Part shown: positions 50,592 through 63,410 of the stretch, one piece after another | Numbering within the stretch: the first letter of the stretch is position 1 | How the letters are laid out: each line of letters opens with the position of its first letter | Source of the DNA: Octopus sinensis | Lineage: Eukaryota | Direction of reading: 5' to 3' | Length of the DNA: 64,000 nt | NCBI RefSeq assembly: GCF_006345805.1 | Contig: NC_043000.1 | Coordinates: forward strand, 5,642,001 to 5,706,000 | Made by a program: the position numbers and the translations under genes | Notes under the pieces: model-generated | The model's database searches: none | What the model was told of the DNA's origin: nothing | The model's input: the letters and a program-made list of their open reading frames with translations, nothing else

Positions 50592-50900
50592 AAAGGCGCG
50601 TGGCTTAGTGGTAGAGCATTCGGCTCTACCGAATCGTAAGGTCGGGAGTTCAATTCCTGGCGACGCGTTGTGTCCTTGAGCAAGACACTTTATTTCACGT
50701 TGCTCCAGTTCATACAGCAGGCAAAAATAAGTAGTATCTGTGTTTCAAAGGACTCTGTGTCACGCTGAATCTCCCTGAGAACTACGTTAAGGGTACACGT
50801 GTCTGTGGATTGCTCAGCCAATTACACGTTAATTTCACGAGCAAACTTCTCCGTTGATCGTATCAGCTGGGACCTTCCTCGTTGTAACCGACGGAGTGCT
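50592..50900 (+). mobile_element. SINE with D core and C tail
   Basis: ggcgcgtggcttagtgg ... cgttgctccagttcatacagc ... gtaaccgacggagtgct. Confidence 0.82.
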
Positions 50901-51209
50901 CCTTTTTTAAAATTAAAAAATGGGTCAAATGAAAATCAACACGCCCAGTAATTAAATTTCTAATAAATTAGAATTAATAACGTCTGCCATACACATTCTG
51001 TTGAGTGAGAGATCAGGTCTGTAATTTCCGAGTTAAAGTCATTCACTTTCTTTACGCTGCTCAGAATCTTGGAAAAGCATTAACCGTCAACACTTCCGGT
51101 TTCTAATATTTTTCATAAATCTGAAAAATTATGATTATATCAAATCCCCACACGAGGTTTCCTTTATTCTTAGATCTTTAATGTAATTTGATTGATTATT
51201 ACTTATTAT

Positions 51210-51560
51210 AAGGCGGAGATCTACCAAAATGATTAGCACACCAAACAAAATGCTTAGCGGTATTCCGTCTGTCTTTGTGTTCGGAGTTCAAATTCCGCGG
51301 AGGTCGACTTTGCTTTCATCTTTTCGGGGTCGATAGATTAAGTACATGTCGTACACTGGGTCGATGTAATTGACTATACCCATCCCCCATAATTTCGGGC
51401 ATAATACCTATAGTTGAAAGGATTATTACTTATTATGGACTAGCAGTATAACCCGGCTTTGCCCGGGATTAAGTTAGGATTATTAAGCTAATCAAGTTCT
51501 TTGTTTCAAACCAAACTAAGGAACATCGATATCAAATTTGGGCGAAATCCATTGAAATTG
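51210..51560. mobile_element. SINE B variant (51210-51430, plus) followed by a Helitron 3' end (51440 onward, minus)
   Basis: ctagcagtataacccggctttgcccggg is a reversed CTAG end with hairpin. Confidence 0.6.
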
Positions 51561-51572
51561 GTTTATATATAC

Positions 51573-51625
<53 letters not shown>

Positions 51626-52562
51626 GCAACACACACACATACACACACTACGTACGTATTGCATATATTGCATACATGCTTTTCGTACGCATACATGTTC
51701 GTGTGTGTGTGTGTTTGTGTTGCCCGTATATCAACAAAACACTTTTTTCGTCGATGGAAAAAAACAACAAAAGTCTTAACAAACACTTACTCGTCGCTAG
51801 AAGGGGGTTAACTCCTGTTTGCAAACAATGGTGATTTCTCTGACTTTAAAATTGGTAAGGTTTTGTTTGAAAATCTATTTTTACTGCTATTCACTGGTGC
51901 CTCAGGGAAAAATAAGTTGACGAAAATACAGCTAGGGTCATAATGAATGTCCTTCTAAAATTGGAGCGACATGCGTGCTAATTTGTGGACGTGCATAAAT
52001 TACATTCACGTAAACACGCACACACACATCCTGCCTTTTATATATACAGATTGTCGATTTCAGCATGGCCGAATTTTTAACAAGTTCGCTTCGTAATAAC
52101 GAGGTCCGGTGTTCAATCCTATTGCATAGAATAATGGGCAAATATCTTAGCATTGCTTTGAGTCAACCCAAACCTTTCGGTGGACATTGAGTAAACGTAA
52201 ATATCGTGCATGATAGATAGCAGATGGTAATGAAACTACAAAGAAACTTTGCATTCTGAGTTCAAATCTCATTGAGACCACGTTTGCCTTTCGTGATTTA
52301 GAGATCGATAAATGAGGTAGCAGCTCAGTCCTGGCACGGCCCTCTATCCCTCTAGCTATCACATTCGAAGATGTTTGTACCTGTAATTCAAAACGTTCAA
52401 TCTCGTCACACATTGTGTCACCTGAATTCTGCATTGAGAATTCGACATCGAGAATTACATGCGTCTGTGGAATACTTAACCACTTGCACACTAATTCAAT
52501 TAGCATATAATTCAATTGATCAAACAATTGTTGTTTTAATTATCATTATTAAAACAAATCTT

Positions 52563-53098
52563 AAGACGGCGAGCTGGCAGAATCGGTAGCACGCCGGGCA
52601 AAATGCTTAGCGGCATTTCGTCCGTCTTTACATTCTGAGTTCAACTCTCGCCTTTCATCCTTTCGGGACCGATGAAATAAGCACCAGTTACGCACTGAGG
52701 GCGGGGTCGATGTAATCGACTAGCTCCCACATCGAATTAATTACGATGTTTCTTGTTGATTCTTGACGTTCTGGGTTCGAATCACACCGACTTCAACATT
52801 ACTTTTCTTCCATTTGAGGTAGATAAATAAAGTACGAGTGTTAGGTATGGCCCCTTATTCTTCTAGTTGTTATTTCCTGAAGGATATCACTGAATCTAGG
52901 GTGGCAGCGGTGAGTGATCGTTTGTGTCTGCTCGCGAATACTCAGGCACCTAAAACAATTAGTGAAAGCACGGTACTATCCTTGATTTTGAATGCTGGCT
53001 CTTGTAGTAGTAGTAGTAGTAGTTAGTAGTAGTAGTAGTAGTAGCTCCCTCCACCAAAATTTCAGGCCTTGTGTCTATGGTAGAAAGGATTATTAAGA
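52563..53098 (+). mobile_element. SINE B variant interrupted by a 313-bp insertion
   Basis: Tail atcgactagctccc|tccaccaaaatttcaggccttgtg resumes at 53042. Confidence 0.85.
52729..53041 (+). other. TSD-flanked copy of locus 57560-57870
   Basis: tagctccc at 52721-52728 and 53042-53049; ends in (GTA)n; core matches 57689-57810 at 116 of 122 bases. Confidence 0.88.
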
Positions 53099-53174
53099 CA
53101 AATCTTTTAAAATAATATGTATAATTGTGTGACAATTTCAAATAAGAATAATTTTAGACTGATTTGTTATATAC

Positions 53175-53407
53175 TCTCTTACTCTTTTACTTGTTTCAGT
53201 CATTTGACTGTGGCCATGCTGAAACACCGCCTTTAGTCGAGCAAATCGACCCCAGGACTTATTCTTTGTAAGTCTAGTACTTATTCTATCGGTCTCTTTT
53301 GCCAAAACGCTAAGTTACGGGGACGTAAACACGTACCAGCATCGGTTGTCAAGCGATGTTGGGGGGACAAACACAGACACACAAACGTATATACCGTATA
53401 TACACAT

Positions 53408-53477
<70 letters not shown>

Positions 53478-53635
53478 GACGGGCTTCTTTCAGTTTCTGT
53501 CTACCAAATCCACTCACAAGGCTTTGGTTGGCCCGAGGTTATAGTATAAGACACTTGCCCAAGGTGCCACGCAGTGGGAATGAACCCGGAACCATGTGGT
53601 TAGTAAGCAAGCTAGTTACCTCACAGCCACTCCTA
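53175..53635 (-). mobile_element. SINE A
   Basis: Full consensus. Confidence 0.9.
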
Positions 53636-53989
53636 CTTAGATAATTGCGTAAATACCATTTGAACACATCGCCGAAACCGACGAAGATCCTTTTACTTAT
53701 AAAACAAGGAAAGGCGGAATCGAACCAGAAAACTAGAAACTAGTTTTCTAACTCCGATCGTTGAATTAATATATTCAGTGATAACCACAGAAATGAAATA
53801 CTTAATAGTTACTTATTTCTATTTAGATTTAGGGTGATATCTATATCCTAACTTTGTATCTATATCTATGTCTGTATCGATATCGATATTTATATCGTTA
53901 TTTATGCCACCTTCACAACGTATCTGTATTGATTTCTCTTATAAATCGATTTTTCCGTTCCAAACTGTTTTATCTTTTATCTTATACTT

Positions 53990-55303
53990 TTTCTCAGTCA
54001 TTAGATTGCGACCATGAATGAATCGATTCCAGTACTTCTTTGCCTGTTTTTGGGAGGGTGGGGTCCCCTTAAGTCTGGTACTTATTCTATCGGTCGTTTT
54101 TGCCGAACCGTTAAGTTACGGGGACGTAAACACACCAACACCGGTTGTCAAGAGCCAATAGTACACGCACTTTTACTTGTTTCAGTCATTAGACTGCGGT
54201 CATACTGGAGCATCACCTTGAAGAATTTTAATCAAACGAATCGATTTCAGTACTTTTGTTTTTAACCCTGGTACTTACTTTATCATTCTATTTTGCCGAA
54301 CTGCTACTTACAGGGACATAAACACACCAACACCAGTTGTCGAGGCACAAAAAGTCACACACAGAGGCATGGTTGTGGGGTAAGAAGTTTGCTTCCCAAC
54401 CAGATGGTTCCGGATTTAGTCCTACTGCGTGACACCTTGAGCAAGAGTCTTCTACTATAGCTTCGTGAGTGGATCTATAGACAGAAACTGAAAGAAGCCC
54501 GTTGTGTATATAGCTACGTGTGTTGGTCTTTATGCCTTTGTTTACCCTCCACCCTACCCCCATCGCTTGACAACTAGTGTTGGAATGTTTACATACCTAT
54601 AACTTAGCGGTTTGGAGAAAGAGACCGACAGAATCAGTTCCAAGCTTAATAAGTAAACAAAGTTCAGGGATCGATTCCTTCAACTGAAATTCATCAAAAA
54701 GCGCTACCCCAGCATGGCTGCAGTCTAATGATTGACACAAGTTATATCAATTTGAATACACTACTGAAAGAGCTACTGACAGTTTCATGCTTTTATGATA
54801 TATGAACAGGCATATTTATAGAATACGCCATGTATTTAATTTGATATTTATCTCTCACTTGATGGATTACTTTTTTTTTTTGTTGATTCTACCTTACTCT
54901 TTTCTCTTTTACTCTTTTACTTGTTTCAGTCATTTGACTGTGGCCATGCTGGAGCACCGCCTTTAATCGAGCAACTCGACCCCAGGACTTATTCTTTTGT
55001 AAGCCCAGTACTTATTCTATCGGTCTCTTTTGCCGAACCGTTACGTAACGGGGACATAAACACACCAGCATTGGTTGTCAAGCAATGCTAGGGGGACAAA
55101 CACAGACACACAAACACACGCATATATATATACATATATACGACAGGCTTCTTTCAGTTTCCGTCTACCAAATCCACTCACAAGGCTTTGGTCGGCCCGA
55201 GGCTATAGTAGAAGACACTTGCCCAAGGTGCCACGCAGTGGGACTGAACCCGGAACCATGTGGTTGGTAAGCAAGCTACTTGCCACACAGCCACTCCTGC
55301 GCC
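53990..55303. mobile_element. SINE A cluster: fragments on minus (53990-54350), old copy on plus (54365-54740), young copy on minus (54890-55303)
   Basis: Consensus matches. Confidence 0.8.
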
Positions 55304-55454
55304 TTATTAGATCTTTAAACAAACACACACACATACATACATACTCATTATCCTTATTGTTACTTTTATTACACTTGTCTTTTAATTCTATTACTTTTAT
55401 TTCTTATTTTATTTTTTAACTTTTATTTTTTTCTTTCTATCTTATACACGCTAA

Positions 55455-55836
55455 TCTCTCTATATATAAACGGCAGTTTGTCTGTCTGTGTGTCTGTGTG
55501 TCTGTTAGGTTGTACCCTCACCCTGACCACGGCTTTCAACCGATTCTGATGAAACTTGACACACACATAGCCCAATGTCATAATTCAAAACTAACGCAGC
55601 GAAAATTTTGAAAAGTTCCCCCAGTTCTGAAAAAAATCGATAAATTCGACATGGGGTCGACAATCAGAAACACAAACCACAGACTGTCTAGGGGACGCAA
55701 CTCGACCTTTTTAACTCTCAAAAAAATTTACCATCATTTTTTTCCATTTTTTTGCTATTTTTTGGCTATAACTCTCTAAAAATGCTTTATAGTTATTTCT
55801 CTTACAAACCCGAGCAACGCCGGGCGATACTGCTAG
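55455..55836 (+). mobile_element. Non-autonomous Helitron (382 bp)
   Basis: A|TCtctctatatataaacgg ... cccgagcaacgccggg hairpin ... gCTAG|T. Confidence 0.8.
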
Positions 55837-56164
55837 TTAAATATAAACTCAATTCAATCTATTTAACATTCATTCTATGCTGAATGGTGCTGCAGTATGG
55901 GCAGATTTTTGAAATCCAATGAACCTTTATACAAATATATTTTTTCAAGGAGATATAAAACTATTATAATGGGTACTTATGTACTTTTTATTTTGTGATG
56001 TAATCTTTGGACTAACAATGTTTGCGGCTGAAGAGAGCTTTAAACCATCTTTTATGTCAATAATATACTGATGTAATAACAAATTGTTTATAAAGCTTGA
56101 AGCACGTGTACCGCGATGTCCTTTGTGTTCTGTTTTTAATTTGTTTGATATATATACTTATGTC

Positions 56165-56212
<48 letters not shown>

Positions 56213-57303
56213 CACACACACACACAGATATATATATATATATGCTGGGCTTCTTTCATTTTCCGTCTACCAAATCCACTTACAGGGCTTTGTTCGGCCC
56301 TAGACAATAGTAGAAGACACGTGCTCAAGACTGAACAAAGAACCATGTGGTCCGGAAGCAGACATCTTACTGCACAGTCACACCTAAACCTTGTACAATT
56401 TGTTTGGCAAACAAGTGTAAGCTAAACCTCGGAAGGAAAAGAGCAGTGGAAATTAATTTTACGGAAGACAACGGAGTGTTTTCAGAAAGAAAAATTACGT
56501 TAGATGAGACGAGCCATCAAGAGAATGTCTAAATGGTTGATCGATCTATAATAATAATATCAACCAAGCGTCGATACTAATATCAACGTTTGGCTAATAA
56601 TATCAACCAAACGTCTCAGAACTCCAACCACACTGTAACATTTTAAGGAAGGAATGGCACATAAAGTAATGGCCTAGAAAATTTATGAAATGGCTCTGCT
56701 TTGGCTGGAATGCATATAATCATAGGTCGAGGTTGATCTGGAGCTAAACAAGAACGACAACAACTTTAGAAGGAATAAACCTCCAGAAAATTCTATAGAA
56801 TAGTGTGGAGATTCTGTCAGAATTTAAAAGATGAACAGTTTATTGAGAGAAAGAAATTTGGAGAAACAATGCTACTTTGCGTGATTTACCAGAATAAAAA
56901 TGAAGAGAAGGCTTCTGGAGGAAAAAGACAGGTTTGCCAGTCCTCAATAAGGCGTTTAATTTTTAAAAGAATGTGTTTGTTATATTTGGCACTTATAAAA
57001 GTTGTTATTTGGAAAAGTAACCGGAAAATACGGTGAAATTGCCGCTGGTTTCCACAATAATAGAGTCCTTACCAATACCAACGACCATTTGTCTCCTTGG
57101 ATTTGGTTTTATCCAAATTTCACATTATTTTAACAACGACTGTTAATTTGTAAATAAAAGGGTTATTTTTTTTAATTGGTGACAGAATTATACCCCACCC
57201 CCCAAAAAGAGAGAAGTTATTTTACCTACATTTTCATTCTTAATACGTTGCAGTAGATTTGAACGTGGATATACTAATCACTGTTGTGTTTTTGTCTACA
57301 CAG

Positions 57304-57353
57304 GACAACTCATTTCAGACACTGTGTTTCCACAATATACTCGATTCAATAAG
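57304..57353 (+). CDS. Candidate 50-nt exon
   Basis: Branch-point-like tactaat (~57272), acceptor tgtttttgtctacacag, donor aag|gtaagg; two frames open, one reading QLISDTVFPQYTRFNK. Confidence 0.4.
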
Positions 57354-57716
57354 GTAAGGAGACTTTAAGACACCACGCTGTTTCGACTTGGTTGTATCTC
57401 TTCAGTCAGAGCTACCTGTGGATTAATTAAGATTTAGAATTATAGAAATTAGTCACTATGTGTGCTGATGCCTCCCAGGCCAACAATAAATTGCGCATGC
57501 ACAGAAAACAGCAAAAATGAAAACAACTATCCTGGTTGTCTATTGCTGTGACACTGGAGCATCGGATAGAATTAATTACGATGTTTCTTCTTGATTCTTG
57601 ACGCTCCGGGTTCGAATCACACCGACGTCAGCTATACGTCGCTTCTTTTGAGGTCGATAAATAAAGTGCGAGTGTATGGCGTGGTCCTTTATTCTTCTAG
57701 TTGTTATTTCCTGAAG

Positions 57717-57743
57717 GATTTCAGTGAATCTAGGGTGGCAGCG
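57717..57743 (+). CDS. Candidate 27-nt microexon (paralog at 52883-52909)
   Basis: ttgttatttcctgaag|gatttcagtgaatctagggtggcagcg|gtgagt; an alternative acceptor at 57700 gives 43 nt. Confidence 0.3.
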
Positions 57744-58010
57744 GTGAGTTATTGTTTGTGTCTGCTCGCGAGTACTCAGGCACCTAAAATAATTAGTGAA
57801 AGCACGGTACACGCTGATACTAAACTATCCTTGATTTTGAATGCTGGCTCAAGTAGTAGTAGAAGTAGTAGTAGTAGCTGTTGTTGCTGTAGGGAGGTGG
57901 TAGTAGTGTTGATGGTAATGTTGGCACTGCTGCTGCTGATTCTGCTGCTGAAGGTTGTATTATTATCATTATTGTTCTTCTTCTTCTTCTTCTTATTATT
58001 ATTATTATTG

Positions 58011-58566
58011 AGTGAGAGAGCAGTTCATGCCATCAAAGTGACACTGGGGTAAAATATACGAAGCCCAGTATAGCCATCATGACTACCCATCTGATAAGGG
58101 TACGCCAGGTACATGCATCACAACCATATGTGCGCGACATGGTGATCTCATATCAAGATAAACAGCACATGACCTTGCAGGTGGGGCCCAGTTAAAAATT
58201 TCTTCAGGTTGAGTAGCTCATCCCGCTCAAAAGGTCCCTGAATAAGGGTTGTTTAAGGATGTTGAAAGAACCACCCATGTTTCCAGAGGTGAATTATTCA
58301 AACCCCAAAGAATCCCTCTCAACACATGGCTATGATGCTCCCCCCACTACTTCTGTTCATGATCAGAGATGCACATATCGTCAGCCACTAAGGGACATGG
58401 TCAACTGGTCAAGGTCAAACAACTGACAAGCAAATCTGTGGTATCGAGCAGAATATTTGCTGTAGCCCATCTTTTATACCAAGACAAAACAATGTACATG
58501 ATAACACTTCCAATCAGTTAAGATCAGAAGCCATGAAAGCCACTGCCTGGTACTGCATCAGGGCAT
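58011..58566 (-). mobile_element. LINE 3' segment, Dong/R4-like (from memory), between (TAT)n tracts
   Basis: Non-coding GC-richer 556-bp block bounded on both sides by ATT repeats; Dong/R4 elements are known to target TAA repeats. Confidence 0.55.
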
Positions 58567-58567
58567 A

Positions 58568-58636
<69 letters not shown>

Positions 58637-59100
58637 TCGTTTTATGGATTGTTCAGTTTTACGTATTCTATTATATTTTACATATTTTAACAGCTGTATT
58701 ATTTCACATAGTATACTTGCGAACAATCTTCAGGAAAAAAGGAAAATTCAACAGCCAATTTTGGTAGAACAGTATTCTATTGAAATTTTCAGTATGTGTA
58801 TTCTTTAAGTTTACACTAGAACTACAATGAGCAGAAACTAGAACATCAATATTGATTAGACAATATAGATATCAAGTGGTATATGTTTGGTAGGAACGCA
58901 GGTGATCGAACGAAAAATAGATTTTAGAGGTTTTTTTAATATACGATTATTTGTAAAATTTAATCGTTAATTCTAGTGATGTTTCGCTTGCAGTATATAC
59001 TATTTCCGAAGAGAGGGGGAATTGTATAAGGATCTACTATTGTTGTTGCTCAGTTTGTTTGCTTTTGTTTTTGTTTTTTACTAAAATGCATCGTTTTCAG

Positions 59101-59144
59101 AACTTGTCTTGACTGAACGCAATTTCAATGTTCATCTATAAGTG
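59101..59144 (+). other. Candidate 44-nt exon with stops in all frames (UTR or non-coding if real)
   Basis: Long T-rich tract ending tcgttttcag, donor gtg|gtgagt. Confidence 0.3.
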
Positions 59145-59189
59145 GTGAGTTAAGTTTGAACTTAAAAGATTTATTTTGGTACATATTTG

Positions 59190-59415
59190 TTAAATCCTTT
59201 TGTTATCATATTTGTGTTGAATATTCTGCCCTTTTTTAATTAATTTTGAAACTAATGAAGAAATTAGTAAAATAATTTAGTAAAAAGCTGATGTTTGGAA
59301 CATAAATTAACATAAAATTTAATGGATGGTTTTAATTCAGATTACTTTAAATCAAAATATTTATATCGTAGAACCAAGAGCGATCTCGGTCAGGTTGGCA
59401 TCTACAAAAAGAGGT
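59190..59415. mobile_element. Decayed piggyBac-like MITE
   Basis: ttaaatccttttgttatcatattt start; internal ttaattttgaaa.taatgaa also at ~14195. Confidence 0.4.
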
Positions 59416-59937
59416 GTGACAGAGTCCGTGGTTTGTCGGACAACCGGACGAGATGTTTATTAGTCATAACCTGTTACTAATATTGCAATGGCTCATTTGA
59501 GAGTTGAGCATTTTGGCCACTGACTAAACGAAATGATGTCGAGTCAACAGAGGGATAAGCCAACAAGGATACCTCTATGAAGATGCTCCAACTGCTAGAA
59601 ACAGTAACCAAATATCCCACAAATGACAGTTTACTCTCTTGAAATAGAAAAAAACATGTTGGATATTTTTAGTCTACCTAGATATACTACGCCTGAAAAT
59701 AAGTACGCTAAGCATTAAAAAAGGGCTGAATTGTTTTCGATCATAGATCTGTTTTATCAAGGCTGTCCCTTGACTAAATAAGAATATTATGTTGATGATA
59801 AGGCACGAACTACCAACACGGTTCGTTGTAGGACACTTTTTTTTTACTTGGCCATCCATCGTTCTCGTATCAGTTAAATATTTAATAACTTATTAACAAT
59901 GTTAATCAGAGGCATTGCTTTATAAGTGTGCTAAGTC

Positions 59938-60243
59938 GATACAGATACAACATCGATCTTCCGGAACAGTTGGTACCAAAGATTTTCCGGTTCACTGATT
60001 TTTCCGAATAAGGGGTGGCCACCTTTTTCAATACGCTCTAAATTAAACAAATGTTAAATTTACTTACATAATTAAATGAAATACAAATTAGTATACATGA
60101 TACAGGTTTATTGATACTGTACTGTGCAAGGTACAAGTTAACTAGTCTAGTGATTGCAGAGATTTAAGTTTCCTGATCTTATATTAGTGCGGATTATAAA
60201 AAATTCCGGACCATCAGTCTCAGGAAGTTAGGGTTGTACCTAT
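59938..60243. mobile_element. Decayed pogo/Tigger-like MITE
   Basis: Imperfect long TIRs tacagatacaacatcgatcttccgga and the reverse of tcaggaagttagggttgtacctata, with TA ends. Confidence 0.4.
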
Positions 60244-60523
60244 ATTTATTTATTTTTTTATCTAGTTTCAGCTCACAAGCTGTGGCCATGCTGGGGCACC
60301 GCCATATATGACAGAACTTTTAGTACTTCAGACAAAATGCCTTCCGCTAGTTCATCCAGTCTTGAAGTCAAATTCTATTGGCGACATCGTTGACTTTCAA
60401 TTTTCTGGGATTGATAAAATAAACTTCTAATCAAGTAATGGGATTAAGATAATGGGCTTATTATTATTATTATTATTATCATTATTATTATTATCATTAT
60501 TATTATTATTATTATAATTATAT

Positions 60524-60672
60524 AAGGCGGCGAGCTGGCAGAAACGTTAGCACGCCGGACGAAATGCTTAGCGGTATTTCGTCTCCCGCGACGTTCTGAG
60601 TTCAAATTCCGCCGAGGTCGACTTTGGTTTTCATCTTTTCGGGGTCGATAAAGTAAGTACCAGTTGTAAAGT
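60524..60672 (+). mobile_element. SINE B, 3'-truncated, after (ATT)n
   Basis: aggcggcgagctggcagaaacg ... gtcgataaagtaagtacca. Confidence 0.85.
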
Positions 60673-61526
60673 AAGTACCAATATTTCGACACTTCGTGTG
60701 TCTTCCACAAATTCAAAATAATCATACATATATAACTATAAATGCATATATATAAATATACACACACACACACATACAAACATATATATATGTAAATATA
60801 TATATAAATACTTGTGCGTTCATGTATATATATATATATATATATATATTGCATGCTTATGATACGTTTTTGAAAATATCTCCTGTAATGAAATAGCAAT
60901 ATCACGTACATACACACATGCATGCATGAATCTAAATATACACAAATTTACATTTACTCACGTATAGATTTAAAAAATGAGAGAACCGAACACATGCATT
61001 GACTGACTGAAACATGCATTTATACAAAACAAAAATACAGACAAACATCGTGTATTTAATATTCCGATAACCTCTTCCTCGCAGATTTCATCGTTCATTC
61101 AAAATCATCTCATATAAATAGACGCTGGAGGCAAAAACTGATTTTGAAATTATTATTTTGTATTTACATTCTACACTAACACCTGTTATTGACAAGGTGG
61201 AGTTAATTATCTCAAAACCGTGTCACAATGACATTGTCATTTGCAACGAAGCAATATGTATTCACTATCCGTATTACCGAAAACATTATAAAAAGCATTA
61301 CAAGTAACATATTCAAATCAGATCTGTTCAGGTTAATTCTATTCAGATCAGATCTTATATTCAGAGCATATCTATTTCAAGTGTAAGATGATAAAGTTTG
61401 AATCATCGTCTCATAGCTATTCCTTGCTAACATTAAAATAGGGTGAACAAAAAACGAAACGATGAGAGTTTTTTTTGTTTTTTGATTTTTCTAAGGCCTT
61501 CCTCAAAAATATGCTTTCAATTTTAG

Positions 61527-61588
61527 TTCTACAAGTTGAATATTACGACAAATTTATCACAGTTCTGAACAACTCTATAAATGGGACG
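61527..61588 (+). CDS. Candidate 62-nt exon, unverified
   Basis: Acceptor gctttcaattttag, donor acg|gtaaga, single open frame LQVEYYDKFITVLNNSINGT. Confidence 0.3.
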
Positions 61589-62244
61589 GTAAGATATACG
61601 AAGATATGTTTGTAAAATGGTGGTATTTTTTTTTTAGAGATGTACTTGTCATGCATGTGATTTGATATGAGTCTATATCTTAAAACTAAAACAATTGCAG
61701 CGTGGGAGACACATGTTAGACTTACAGAAACACAAAAGCTGTTAACTTCTCTTAAATATTTGTTGTTTGTAAAATGGTGTCAAAATTTTCGTCACTGGAA
61801 ACTGCGACTTGATTACTGTAAACGTTACGTTGAAGTATAATATTTCCAGTGACCAGTGAGTTCCACCGCCGGCAAATTGCCAGAAATATGAAGGAGGTGT
61901 ACAATCGATTATATTCAAAGGTTGAAAGTTTATTTGACGAAATATTGTTGCTATTAAATTGTAATTCATAGCAAAGTAAGATCTTAGAGTATGCGTAGAT
62001 AGTTGTGAGAGTTTGATAAACGGTTGTATAACTGAAAAATAATGTGTAACAAAGAAAGGATATAGGGTATAATCACAGGTGCATAACAGTTTAGTAGTGG
62101 GTTAAATATTTTGGCCTAGTGCTATAAAAATTGTTAACGGCAGTTTCGCCAAAGTATTAGTGGACCTGTAATAAATATAAAATATTGACCAATGTTCGGG
62201 ATAATCATAACCTTATATTATTCATTATTAACACTGAGAAATTA

Positions 62245-63092
62245 AGGTGGCGAGCTGGCAGTATCGGGCGAATTACTTAGCAGTAATTCTTCTGCCAGTC
62301 AGCAATGCGGTCGGTGGAAGTTTCACTTTCGAATTCTATCCAGAGTTAGTGGGAGGAAAGAACGAGTCGTGCTCAAGGAAAGGCTGGACATCCACAAAGA
62401 TCAATTAGTTTAAGAGGGCGAGTTGGCAAAGTCGTTAGCACGTCGGGCAAGACGTTTATCGACAATTCGTCCGTCCTTTCGTTCTGAGTTCAAAATCCAC
62501 CGAGGTTGTCTCAGCCTTTCATCCTTTAGCACGCCGGGCGAAATGCTTAGCCGTATTTCGTCTACCGTTACGTTCTGATTTCAAATTCCGCTGAGGTCAA
62601 CTTTGCCTTTCATACTTTCAGAGTCGATAAATTACTCACTGGGGTCGATATAATCGACTTAATCCGTTTGTCTGTCCTTGTTTGTCCCCTCTGTGTTTAG
62701 CCCCTTGTGGGTAGTAAAGAAATAGGTATTTCGTCTGTCGCTACGTTTTGAGTTCATATTTCGCCGAGGTCGACTTTGCCTTTCATCCTTTCGGGGTCGA
62801 TTAAATAAGTACCAGTTACTCACTGGGGTCGATATAATCGACTTAATCCGTTTTTCTGTCCTTGTTTGTCGTCTCTGTGTTTAGCCCCTTGTGGGTAGTA
62901 AAGAAATAGGTATTTCGTCTGCCGTTACGTTCTGAGTTCAAATCCCGCAGAGGTCGACTTTGCCTTTCATCCTTTCAGGGTCGATTAAATAAGTACCAAT
63001 TACGCACTGGGGTTGATGTAATCGACTTAATCCCTTTGTCTGTCCTTGTTTGTCGTCTCTGTGTTTAGCCTCTTGTGAGCAATAAAGAAATA
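62245..63092 (+). mobile_element. SINE B nested and tandem array
   Basis: Head fragments at 62245 and 62413, then three units with junction aagaaataggtatttcgtc at ~62720 and ~62905. Confidence 0.88.
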
Positions 63093-63259
63093 AAAATCAA
63101 TTAGTTGGTCTTTTCCGGAAGCCCTTTGGAGTGACTTTGCTGCCCATCTTTTCAAAATCGATAAAATAAGGACCAGATGAACCCTGTGATCCCTGTAACC
63201 GATTAACCCCTTCCCTCTAAGATTCCTGGTTTTGTTCCAAAATTTGAAACAATTATTAT

Positions 63260-63305
63260 TACTGTTGTTGTTACCGCTGAGGTGTTGTTGCTGTTGCTAT
63301 TTTGT

Positions 63306-63339
<34 letters not shown>

Positions 63340-63410
63340 GTTGTTGTGTTGTTGTTGTTGTTGTTGTTGTTGTGGATGTTGTTGTTGTTCTTGTTGTTGT
63401 TGTTGTTATC
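63260..63410. repeat. (GTT)n microsatellite
   Basis: Direct reading. Confidence 0.95.

Noticed and set aside
59101-59144. Selenocysteine read-through of the single TGA in frame 0
   Set aside because: No SECIS was seen, and the next candidate exon closes the frame.
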